Of a DNA stretch of 64,000 nucleotides, positions 13,001-24,088 are shown one piece after another; positions within the stretch are counted from its first letter, which is position 1, and the number at the start of each line of letters is the position of its first letter. The stretch is from Tubulanus polymorphus (Eukaryota; Animalia; Nemertea). The notes beneath the pieces are model-generated. The model worked only from the letters and a program-made list of their open reading frames with translations. It had not been told where the DNA came from and ran no database searches. The DNA is taken from assembly GCF_964204645.1 (NCBI RefSeq), contig NC_134026.1, positions 23,470,150-23,534,149 on the forward strand, in the 5' to 3' direction. Both the position numbers and the translations under genes were made by a program.

Positions 13001-15390
13001 TGTAGCACGGCAATATCTCACTAAGTGATTAGACTGCCCGCACTAACCATAGAAACAGTTCTATGCACTAAGAGCAATACCGATGATTCCAGTAATCGAA
13101 TGTTACTTCAAAATTGCATATTCTATTTAATGAGCTTCAATACTCAAACTTGTCACATTTAATGCCTAAATGCACTAAAGACATGTCTTTTGTTGACTGT
13201 CACAAGTACATTCTTTTAATTTCTGGATGACTTTTTATTTTTAAACTGACCCAATTTTATGCGATCATAATGGTTACCAGAAATAGCATACAAAATATGT
13301 GATCACAAAACCTGAAAGTGTTATGCACTGGTTGACCAACACTAAAGTATGGCCAGACTACTTTCAATGTAGGCCTAGGCCTATATTTATAGCAAATATC
13401 TATGTATCTGTGTTTAAATGATTAACCTTGTGTCTTTTGTAAGGGGACTCATAATTAAGTTCCATTTCCAGGGCAATATGGGGAGGTTATTTAGTTAATA
13501 AACGTGTAAGGGTCCGACATATGACAAGTTCAGATAACACTTAATAGAAAAGCCCAGTGTAGTCCAGTCCATTTATAAATAAAATTATCAAGCGTTTTGA
13601 TGGTTCAACTGCAGGGAAATATTCATCTTCTATTTTATCATACGCAGTTCTGAAGCAGGTGTTTTGGATTTTTAAACCAATGCCAACTTCATTAAATCTA
13701 TTGCTTCAGAGTCAAAATTCTTATCTGTGTGAATCATAATCGATGGAGCGATGAAATTCTCTTTCCGCATATAGCTCTATCTAACGAAACTACTGTGAAA
13801 GGAATAGGAACCACATTGCTGCATCAAGGCATGTTGATTCCCCTTACATTGCTGATTGAAAATGTAAAAAGATTTTCACATCATGGATTTCATGAATATT
13901 TGTGGCCTATAATGAAAGGATTGGTTGACATTGTCATTTTGTACCTTTATAGGCCTATAGATGCTTTATAACTGACACTATTTCATGATGAAGCTACCTC
14001 TGTGTAGGGGTTATTTTCTTCTTTATCAGTTCTTAGCAGCACTGAACAAACAAAATAAAAACCAGATACACCTACAGCGTTTGTATTTAATGGAAGTGCT
14101 GTGCATAATCTGTCCAGTAAAATTCTGAGAAAGATGAATAAGAACCACCGCCCGGCAATCCTGTTAACTCCTAACAACCCTCTGGACCTGGGCATAATGT
14201 ATGGCCCCCAAAATGCCTGCAATCATAGGCCTAGATTAAAGCCTCGAGAAAGAGACAACCAGGTGTGCTTACATTAATAAAACAACAGATAAGCCTAATA
14301 ATCTTCCTAACAACCACAAAAAATAAAAACAATAAAGATACCAAATGACAAAATATATCAAATGAAATAGATGTAATTATCCAAATTATTCATAATCGGC
14401 ATTGGTCAATTACCATATGATGAAAAATCATACATTTCTCCCAGCTGCAAGTAGGCTAGATCAGGCCAACCTAATTTTTTTTCCCATTTATTTCAATCAT
14501 GTGGAATCCCCCAGTCAAATAAACAATCATTCGCTATTGTATCATGAAATTATCTGATTATACGTTAGGCCTGGTACATATGTCAGTAATCAGATAAAAG
14601 GATGAATTCCATATGAACAAATTAATCCTTTCATTCACATGTAAGTATTAACTGCAAGGCTCCTATATAGTTACCTAATCGTTGGTGGCAAACGCTTTTA
14701 TAAACAGATGGGCTTAGTGAAATCATCCGTGGGATTGTAAAACTAATTAAACCAGACAGGTAATACTGACTATATACAAGGCCTAGCCGTTGTTCCCCAA
14801 ACAACGGTTGTAGGGACCCGTAACAACGACTGGTGTTCAGACTAGGCCTAGCCTACTATCTTTGGTAGGAGATCATATTACTTAGAAGATTCATGTGTGA
14901 AATGAAGCAGCATTCATAGTTAAACTATTACAATATATGAAAACAAGATATGCCAACGATAAAATGAATAGATTAACTCCATGAGAATGATTGTACCGGT
15001 AGCAGTACCTTAAACTGTCACCGTTTCAAAAGATGATCAACCAACACATTCTTCTAAAGACTAGATTAGAGAAGACGTTGTTGTAAGTTAACTGAAATAA
15101 TCTCCATTGCTTTAATGAAATGCAAGATTGAATTTTAAGCTTAGCCAACTTTTAGGTCGAGTACAATGACAATATCAAATTCCACAGAACGAAGAAAGAG
15201 CGCCGAAATAGGATAGAAGGAACATACTTACTTCTAGGCGAGGTCTGCTTGGATACGTTTGTGTAGAACTGTAAGATATTGCATTTCTTCTGGCTAAAGC
15301 TTTCGCAGGTATCTTCGTATCCAATGACAGTCTAGGTAGATGACCGTTACCATTTGAACGGGCCTCCATTTCTAATAGAGCTGCACACAT
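1038..15390 (-). CDS. PDE7: PDE7-type cAMP-specific phosphodiesterase, N-terminal exons only (gene continues past the left edge)
   Basis: Exons 15232-15390 (MCAALLEMEARSNGNGHLPRLSLDTKIPAKALARRNAISYSSTQTYPSRPRLE, donor gtaagt, phase 0), 2042-2102 (RRGGISFENTDRNAVYVRML G) and 1038-1124 (DVAAPKHAEVAKDKSHHKLPDSEQKLLD) splice in frame. They match the PDE7A1 N-terminus as I recall it ([41 protein letters not shown]). The catalytic domain is not in the window. Confidence 0.85.
10546..10638 (-). CDS. Candidate alternative first coding exon of PDE7
   Basis: ATG-initiated 31 codons (MKTYGCKFDMIPFTSCISQNSKNWKITDSCE) ending at a consensus donor GAG|gtgagt in phase 0, compatible with exon 2042-2102. Confidence 0.45.
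13041..13072. mobile_element. 18-bp CA..TG inverted repeat with 7-bp TSD (footprint-like)
   Basis: cactaac [catagaaacagttctatg] cactaag. Confidence 0.5.
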
Positions 15391-16033
15391 AGTGTGCCTA
15401 TCGTGGGTTTCCCCTATCAGTTACTTCCGCGTTGTACCCGGTGTCGGAGCATTCCATTCTGCTCAACAGATGGCAGCACGTTACGGAAATGTAATAGAAG
15501 CTCCACAATATGGCCGGCGTAGTCAGAGGAGACTGTGAGAATTTTTAATTACTCCAGTTGAAAATGCTAATACATCGACTATTTACATTTTTCAGTCGGC
15601 TTGTATTGTTTGGGTGCTAGACGGAGTTATCCCCATATGCATATATGTAAGTGTTAAAGATTAACTTCGTAATGCATACAAGGAAAAGCTCCATACCATT
15701 TCTATTTTTTAGTGTCAAATTGTGACTGTGAGACGTATATTTCTCTTCAATGTTTTGTTCTGTCAATTTATTGCATGTCTTAACCTATGTTTAAATTTTA
15801 TATACGGCGTAATAAATATAAGTTCAAGTTCAAATATGTCAATTATTTGTCAACTAAAAGTTATAAGGTCTGGTAAGGATTTTATCAGAAAAGCTGCAGT
15901 TAATATAACACTTGAGAATGAGAGTACATCTGTGTAAATTAATTGCAATAACTGATGTTTCATTGTGTTATTTACACCACTGTTTTATTGCTATTTATTT
16001 CTATATTTGTAGAGGGTTTCATTCTAAAAGACT
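15391..16033. promoter_or_regulatory. Putative bidirectional promoter and 5'UTR exons between PDE7 and the PDZ-serine dehydratase gene
   Basis: Divergent start codons about 640 bp apart. Local CpG enrichment at 15400-15530. ETS-like cores (ACTTCCG, CGGAAAT) and a CTCF-like motif caacagatggcagcac (15464-15479). Plausible + strand UTR exons: donor near 15535, exon 15596-15646, acceptor at 16012. Confidence 0.6.
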
Positions 16034-19000
16034 ATGGCACTTAATAAAAGCAACACAGGAACTTTGGCTCGAAAACCAGCAGTGGCGCCTCCAACTCCCA
16101 ATGTAGCTCCTTCTTGCATAGATTTTGGCCCACCAAGGAAAGTTACTCTTCATCGACAAGCTGGTAGTATAAATAATGGCTTAGGATTTAGTATTGAAGG
16201 TGTGTTTTTATACCGATTCATCCAAATTTCCGAGTTCAACAAATTTCTAGTACTGTCACTGATAACAGGAAGACTTCCATTGAGAACGATGATTGATTTA
16301 TTGCATGCGTTATTTAGTGATAAATTTTGATTCTGTTTTAGTGATTAAAGGCGAAAGCGAAAAGGACAGCGGAGTGTTTGTAAAGAAGATAAGTGCCACG
16401 AGCCCAGCCGCTAAAGGCGGACAGTTACGGGCTGGAGATAAGATCCTTGAGGTAGGGGCGTATGTTACTACGAAAAATTCATCCCTTCTTAAGGGCCTAA
16501 TGGTTTTTAAGGAAACTTTGATATTCATCAATTTGAGGTTAAGGATGGTTCGATGACTAAGCTACATTTAAATGACTGATCATTACATTTGCAGGTTAAT
16601 GGTCAGGAGCTGTCAGGTGTTTCACAAGGAAGTGCAGCTAATATATTATGGGTGGCTCAAAATCCTGTTATTCTCTTGGTGCAAGGCCCTAAAATGGATA
16701 CGAAACCACCGCCGAAGGTTCCGCCAAAACCAAAAATGCCTAAATCGAACACAACACAAACTTTACCGAGAGCACGTGATACAAAGAAGGAATACCATGG
16801 CTCAACCAAAAGCATCGATCGTAAGTTGATCAGAAAAGATAAGTCATCACCGGTCACAGAGCCAACACCACCGCCACCTCCATCGGTTACAGCGGACGAG
16901 CCACCGATGGTTCCCGTACCGGAGCCGATGCCCGTACTGTCGATGAAGAATAACGATCGCAGCATTCAGAGAATGGACTCGAATGAACGCGTGAACTCGC
17001 CGAATCCAGAAATCATCGACCGAATCGTGCAGGAATTCAACGAACGAATCGTAGTTCAACAACAACAAAAACTTGCTGCTCCACAACCAATGCCACCTGC
17101 TCCTGAATTCAACGACGCTGATGATTCTGGAAAATTAGTCATTAACAATGAACTGTTGCCCCCATCAGAACCTATAAATCTGCCTCATCTGACAGAATTT
17201 TATGATAATGTTCGCGGGCCTTTAAGAACAGTTCAACTGGATCGTGAAGCTGGGAAGGGTCTTGGTGTCAGTATCGTTGGTAAGTACTTGATCTCAATAG
17301 TGATCTACCTGTTTTATGAAACAACAATAGTTTTAGAGTTTTTGAAATAAATCTTGCATTATTTTGGACTGGGCAAAGTCAAAGCTAAGCTAATGGCCTT
17401 GTTGGTTTATATTTGAATAACCTAGGACTATGAAAGCGATGATATTCGTGGTTTACTTTACATTAAATTGGTTTTATTATCATTGAATTATCCTCTCTGT
17501 CGTTACTGATGTCATAAACAGGCTTCAAAATCCGGCTAATTATGACAGTCAGTTGATTATCGAGCAGGCTGTTTGTAGTTACACATATTGATCATTGAAT
17601 TGATTATCAATCAACTCTCCATAATTACATTTTCAGTGGCAGTATAGTCTCGCTACTCACGCTGGGAGACTATGATTATGTCCGCAGTGAAGATTTATAA
17701 TTTCAACTAGATTAATTAACCAACAGTGGAGAATTATTTCAAAATTCGATTTTGACTGATGAATGTAGTAGCTCTCTTTTCTACACTGACAATGTCCCTA
17801 CTTTTAAAATAGAAATATTTTTGCAGGAACATATCAAATACATCAGTTAGTTCATAAAATGACATGATCATTAACAATACAAATTCCCCTCAGGGATGAT
17901 TATGTTCTAATAATTGTCACAGGAATATATCTACTTGTCATTCTGAATGAAATTTTTCCCAATTATCAATGCTTGCTTGTACGTTGTTGGTTAAATGGAA
18001 AAACCGTTAAACTAGAGGATCACTTTCTTCTATTTCTAAATCAAATGAATAAGTAATATGAAATGATCATTTATCTATGTTTGATGATGAGGTTTTCAAG
18101 GTTTTACTGAATATATTTTATGCCCACTCGGGACATCAGTCAAGCCAACTATTCGTGCGTTTACTTTTCGCCCATCGTTCATTTGTTCATCTATCTGTAG
18201 ACTATTTATATTTATGTTGGTACCCATGCATATTTTATAACCACAACCAATTGCAAATCAGTAGTTCATGACATGCTCTCTATGATTGTGTTGAGTTTTA
18301 AGGTCATTTATAAGTCCACCACGGGGGCGTTGAATAGCGGAATAATGTGGTAATTCCATCTAATTTTGTAACCTCAATCAATCACTAAGTTGTAGCTCAT
18401 GACATGTTCTTTGTAGGCCTATTTGTTCACCAGGGGTGTTGAATACTGAAATTTTCAGATCGTCAAGCATTTCACCACGTGGGCATGGTGTCCATGGGCC
18501 CCTAGTTTTCTATTGAGATGGGTAATTTTGAAGATTTTTGTGCATGGGATGACGTTATTTTGTTATAGTTGATAAGATAAATGGTACTCAGGAAAAAGGA
18601 GTTATTATCAAAAATGTAGTAGCTGATAGTCCTGCTGGTCGTAGCGGAGTTGTAATGCCTGGCGATTGTATCATTCAGGTAGTTCTTCGTTGTCATTTTC
18701 TTGATGTATTTTGTGCCTGAGGCTCTTGTGGTTTGTTTCGATATAACCAATCACCTATCGGTAACCGTAGGCCGCAGTACATGTCTGTATTTCAAACATA
18801 TTTTTCACAAACTCCTGTCTGTTTCCTATTCCTATTGGCTTATGATACATCATTCTCAGAGAGCGTTGTGGTATGGATTCATCTGTAGTTGTGAGGATGT
18901 GTCAAATTGTTGCTAGCTATCTTGTCTATGATGACTGTCACTACTGACAAATAACATATTCTACTAACAATTATATTAACCTTTAATGTATAACGCTTCG

Positions 19001-22000
19001 TAAATCTACTACTAACCTTTGTCTATTACAATACTGCCACACTCTAATGGAGATTTCTATATTTCATGACTAACTAGGTGAACGATCGAGACTTGACCGG
19101 AGTTACTCAACCCGAGGTCGCCGACTTGTTGCGCACTGTTGCCACACCCGTCACGCTTATAATTCAAATCGGTACCCAGTCGGAGCCAGATAGCAATTAT
19201 GACCAATCATACGGCTCAGACGACGAAGAAGAATGGACACCGCCATCAGTGATACAAATTGAACGAGGCTCCGCTAAAGGCCTCGGGATCAGTGTAGTTC
19301 GTATGTGTTCATTTTTGAACAGAGTTTTTATCTATGTTGTCTTTTTTTTTAACGAATTACACAGAATATTTGTGGCCATAAATCATTTCGATGAAAAAAT
19401 GTCGTACGAAAGGTTATTTTTCTGATTTACTTTAGATAATGGTTTTGTGACGTATTCATTTGAAACATTTCCGATTGAAAATCATCAGAGGACTTAATTG
19501 CCAGTCGCTTCTGTTCAGGGAAAAGGGTTGTGTTGTTGAAATGTAGACTTTGCACAAGTTCTGTATCGTCTTCATAAAATATAACTGTCGAGTGCTTTCA
19601 AGAATGAACACTTGTTGAATTTCTGCTTCATAAAAGTGCTCCAGTCTACTCGAAATTATGAAATTATTGATAGAAAGTCTCGAGAAATTGTACAATGGTG
19701 AAAATGTATGGACACTAGCCTCACTGTGTTATTTGTCAAATTGATATATAGTAGCGTAATGAAGTTTAGAAATGTGGATGCATGGAAGCAGTGAGGCGAA
19801 AATTGTACCCAAGAGATTTCCATCATGTTCAGCGCACTGAATGAGTCTGCAAGTGTTGCTAGTAATACTAATTACTGCTTGTCTCAAGTAGAATGTATAA
19901 TCACACATTAACTACCAACAATCCCACCATTAATTCTCAACATTCAATTCATATCTATTCGTGGTTACGTTTCGTGTGAATCAATGAATTTGATTTATAA
20001 GATTTCTTCTCTTTTCTCATTTTTGCTGTCAGTAATGGTATTATTCATAACAACATTCTTCAAGCACTCATACTTCCAGATACAAACTAACTATTAACTG
20101 TTACAGGTGGGAGTGGAAAACGAGGAATGATTATTAAACAAGTTATTGCTGACAGTCCGTCTGCTAAATGTGGCTCTTTGCAGCCAGGAGATCGAATTCT
20201 GAAGGTAAATAAGGCAAAATTGTAGTTTAGTACCAATATCATAGAGCCATAAGTCAAGGGGTTATGACTAGACTTATAAGCAATATACTGTTATTAACTC
20301 CTGGTAACTAAAAAACTCCCAACCTAACTGAATCATTACTCGCTATCGGTTGTAATTAACAGAATAATCAACATGCATTACTTTGATATTAGTTTATTGA
20401 CACATCCTTCTACATGAGAATTTGCTGTCATGAAATGCTTTTTGCTCAGGTGAATGGAATAAGTTTAGAGGCTGCCAATGAACTTGAAGCCGTTGAAGCG
20501 CTTCGTAAGGCGAGCAATCCTGTTCATTTAGTCGTACAACACCCTCTGGTGGGTACGCCGTACATCGAAAACGGGCATCAGGGATTGATCGACGAGGAAC
20601 GCTCATTGACTGGGTCACATTCCCCGGCTTCCAGTGGACATCTGTACCCCAGCCCTGGAGTTTTAACTCCGAGTACGCAACCAGCAAGTCTAGCTGCTAC
20701 GCCTACGCCATCACTATCAACACCTGTAATCCTTGAACCTCCTCCTCTTCCACAAACATTCCATATTTATCGAGAGCCCGGAACTGGATTGGGTATCAGT
20801 ATCGCTAGTAAGTCACAGATGTTGTCTGTGTTTTTCAACGTCGTTGTAGTTTATTTCTGTGATCTGTATTTTTCATTTTTTCGTGTATTTCATTTACAGT
20901 GTCTTCATGTATTATGTTTACCACTTATATGACGCCCTGAATTATCTATGGTAACTGTTTAGTTACATGATTTCAGTTTGTTAGGTACCCCTGTACCTGT
21001 GTTTTAGAGTCTATTTAGACGAGTTTGTGTTGCAATATGCTTCATGTACCATATGTGAATTTGAACCATGTGTAATCATTGTTTGTAGTGAAAACTAGCG
21101 GAAGGATGAATCGTTATGATAAAACCAAATTCCCACTTAGTAGATTGGTTGAGCTTATATAGGCAACATGATTCATATTGTAGGGCCCATGGTTTTGATA
21201 CTTTTTTTCTGTTAATGGTTTTTAGATGATCGTTTTCCTATCAGCAGATTATCCACATTTGAACAAATACATTTATTATATAGCAATGATATGCATTTAT
21301 GTAATGAAAATATGTTGTTCTGAATGATTGGCGAAAATTATGTATATTTGATGCGTGTTTTTCAGCTGCACCTCCCGGACAGAAGGGTATGGTTATAAAG
21401 CAGATAGCTAATGAAAGTCCTGCAGATCATGATGGAAGATTGAAACCTGGCTATCGAATATTAGAAGTAAGCGGGTTTGTGATTAATATGATGAGTTTTT
21501 CATGATTTACCCCAATAGGATAATGAGAAGGAAAAATGATGTGATACACATATGTTGTAGGTGAATAACACAAGTGTAGAACATTTAACGCAGTGTGAAG
21601 CTGTTGAAATCCTACGTACTGCTAAAAATCCTGTCACTTTAGTCGTTGATACATCAGATATAACTCTAGCTAATGACGGCCCAGCCAGCTGGGATTCACC
21701 AAGAGAAGTTCAGATCATTCGTGAACCTGGAAAGGGTATAGGCGTTAGCATTATTGGTAAATAGAGTTCATGTCATGCCAGTATTCACAGACAGATATGA
21801 GCAAAGTCTGCTCTTTTGATGACTTCATGATATTTCACTATCTTTCCAGGGGTTAAAGATCAAGACGTCATTATTAAACAAGTGATTGAAGGAAGTCCAG
21901 CTGGTAAAACTGGATTGTTAAACGCCGGTGATAAAATATTGCAGGTAATTATTAGTTTCAAAGTATTTGGTTGGTGTATATGTTCACCAGGTGGCATTGA

Positions 22001-24088
22001 ATATTGAAATTGTCAGATGATGAAGAATTTCAGACCATTGCCCAAGTGGGTGTGGTGTCCCCTGGACCATGGTTTATGCTGTTAATCTAATCTCACTGTG
22101 GTTTTCTTCTTAAAGGTGAATGGTTACGATTTGTGTGGAGTTCCTCAATACGTAGCCGTTGAAGTTCTTAGAAACGCTACAAATCCTGTTACATTGCTCG
22201 TGCAGAAGACGCAAGACAGGGTATGTTTCAATAGATGTCACTTTCAAATTGAATCATGTAAATCCATTTCCAAATCCTACAAAACCGTAGCAAATCTGAA
22301 GCGTCTCTGCATAGCACAGCTGGTTTAAATACCGGTGTATGGTTTTTGTTGTAGGATCCTACGTATTTACATACAGAGTATACCGACACACCAGCGAATA
22401 ATAACTGGAATTTTACGAACTCTTGTGATACACTGAACGACGATAATCTTCCGATCAGAGAAACAAGTATTCTTGATTCGGTGCTCTCTCTGGATATATA
22501 CGGAAGTGAGATTTCACACAGCGATCACATGGAATCCCGCAATCAGTTATCCGATTCGTGGCACAGTGCCAATAATGAGAATCTCCATATAAGGACTCCA
22601 TTGATTGAGAGTCGACCAATGTCGGATTATTCGGGCTATAGAGTTTATTTGAAACTAGAGAATACACAACCTGCTGGTTCATTCAAGCTAAGAGGCATTG
22701 GCAATCTATGCAAAAAGGTATGATATTAATTTGATTGGATATATATCTGTTTGAATTAATTAAGTCTTAAACTGTTGTTGTTACTTAATAGGCTAAGGAA
22801 GCCGGTTGCAGCCATATTGTTAGTTCGTCTGGTGGAAATGCAGGAATTGCTGCTGCCTATTCAGCCAAAAGGTTGGGTTTGCCTTGTACAGTTTATGTGC
22901 CCTCTTCAACCCCCGAGTTTATTAAATATAAATTACGAAGTGAGGTAAGTATCAAGAATGAACCGTGCGATTCCTGAAATTAAATTAAGAACTGGCTGAT
23001 TCAAAAATATTTCGGACATATATGACTATGAATTATTGTTTGTTTAACTCATAGGGTGCAGAAGTGATAGTACATGGTGATGTTTGGGATGAAGCTAATA
23101 TTAAAGCTATGGAGATAGCTAGTTTACCTGGTAAATAACAATGCATAAAACATTTAGTAAGCATATTTCACGCAAAAATTCATTTGTTTTTTGCCATGCT
23201 TATTTCAGGATATGGTCTTATTCATCCATTTGATCATCCTCACATTTGGTAAGTTAATCATTGATTCTCATCACTCGAAGGTCCTCACAATTATGTTTTT
23301 ATTCATAGTTTTCTCTGATTTATGACTGATATCTCTTGTAGGGATGGTCATGCCTCAATGATTCACGAAGTAGCCGAACAGATGGATCATATTCCGGATG
23401 TTGTCATAGTTTCAGTTGGAGGGGGTGGTCTAATGTGTGGAGTTATTCAGGGTATGTGGAATGTTGGATGGAATAAAGTACCAGTAATTGCCATGGAAAC
23501 TAAAGGTGCTAATTGTTTGAATGCGGCATTGGAGATGGGTGAACCTGTAAATATACCAGGAATTAGGAGGTAGGAATCATTCAACAATCTCATTTTTTAT
23601 CCAAGTCTTATTCCAATAAAATAGTGTTGAATTATGCATACTGCCTTTTATTTGCAGTATCGCGAAGAGTCTTGGAGCAGTAAAAGTAGGGAAAAGAGCA
23701 TTTGAAATATGCCACCAACATCCTGTATTATCTCAGATTGTAACTGATACTCAAGCTGTAGATTCATGTTGTCGATTTGCTGGTAAGTTTTTGACTGGGT
23801 CTCTTTGAATTAACCGTAGCTAAGCTTAGAACAATTTAGCATCCATTTTAGTACTTTTCAGCACTACAGTTGTAAATACTTTTGGTGATTTTATTTACAG
23901 ATGATCATCGAATGCTGGTTGAACCGGCTTGTGGGGCGACTTTGGCTGCCATTTATCACAATACTATTCCTCGTCTGCAACAAGAAAATAAAATTGGCCA
24001 CGTACGGTCAGTTGTAGTCATCGTGTGTGGTGGAAACATTATGACACTCGGGTGGCTTGAAAAACTGCGGAAAGATTTTGGTATATGA
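16034..24088 (+). CDS. Five-PDZ scaffold fused to L-serine dehydratase/threonine deaminase (SDS/SDSL-like), about 1139 aa, 18 coding exons
   Basis: Exons 16034-16199, 16342-16451, 16595-17279, 18569-18678, 19078-19300, 20107-20204, 20450-20807, 21366-21466, 21561-21756, 21850-21944, 22116-22220, 22355-22717, 22792-22944, 23055-23130, 23209-23248, 23342-23569, 23658-23782, 23901-24088. All junctions are GT-AG and phase-consistent (3420 nt). PDZ loops GLGF/GLGV/GLGI/GLGI/GIGV with SPA..G.L..GD.I..VNG segments. SDS motifs LHIRTPL, LKLENTQPAGSFKLRG (PLP lysine), SSGGNAG, HPFDHP, SVGGGGL, LVEPACGA, IVCGG. Confidence 0.85.
18421..18508 (+). repeat. Dispersed short repeat family ending in CCCCTAGTT (possibly a Helitron/Helentron-derived end)
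   Basis: caccagggg..ttgaatactgaaattttcaga..aagcatttc..gtgggcatggtgtcc..ggcccctagtt. Related copies at about 5696-5760 (-), 21981-22072 (+), 53596-53676 (-), 54225-54247 (-) and 60420-60483 (+). Confidence 0.65.

Noticed and set aside
16657-17086. Gly-rich antisense ORFs
   Set aside because: Shadows of the proline-rich coding exon on the opposite strand. The same applies to antisense ORFs over IR25a, the GPCR and ANKRD13.
22792-22944. Idea that the PLP domain is a serine racemase making D-serine
   Set aside because: The motif is SSGGNAG, with Gly at the position of the racemase catalytic Ser84 (SSGNH). LVEPACGA and IVCGG are also SDS/SDSL-type. Dehydratase is the better call.
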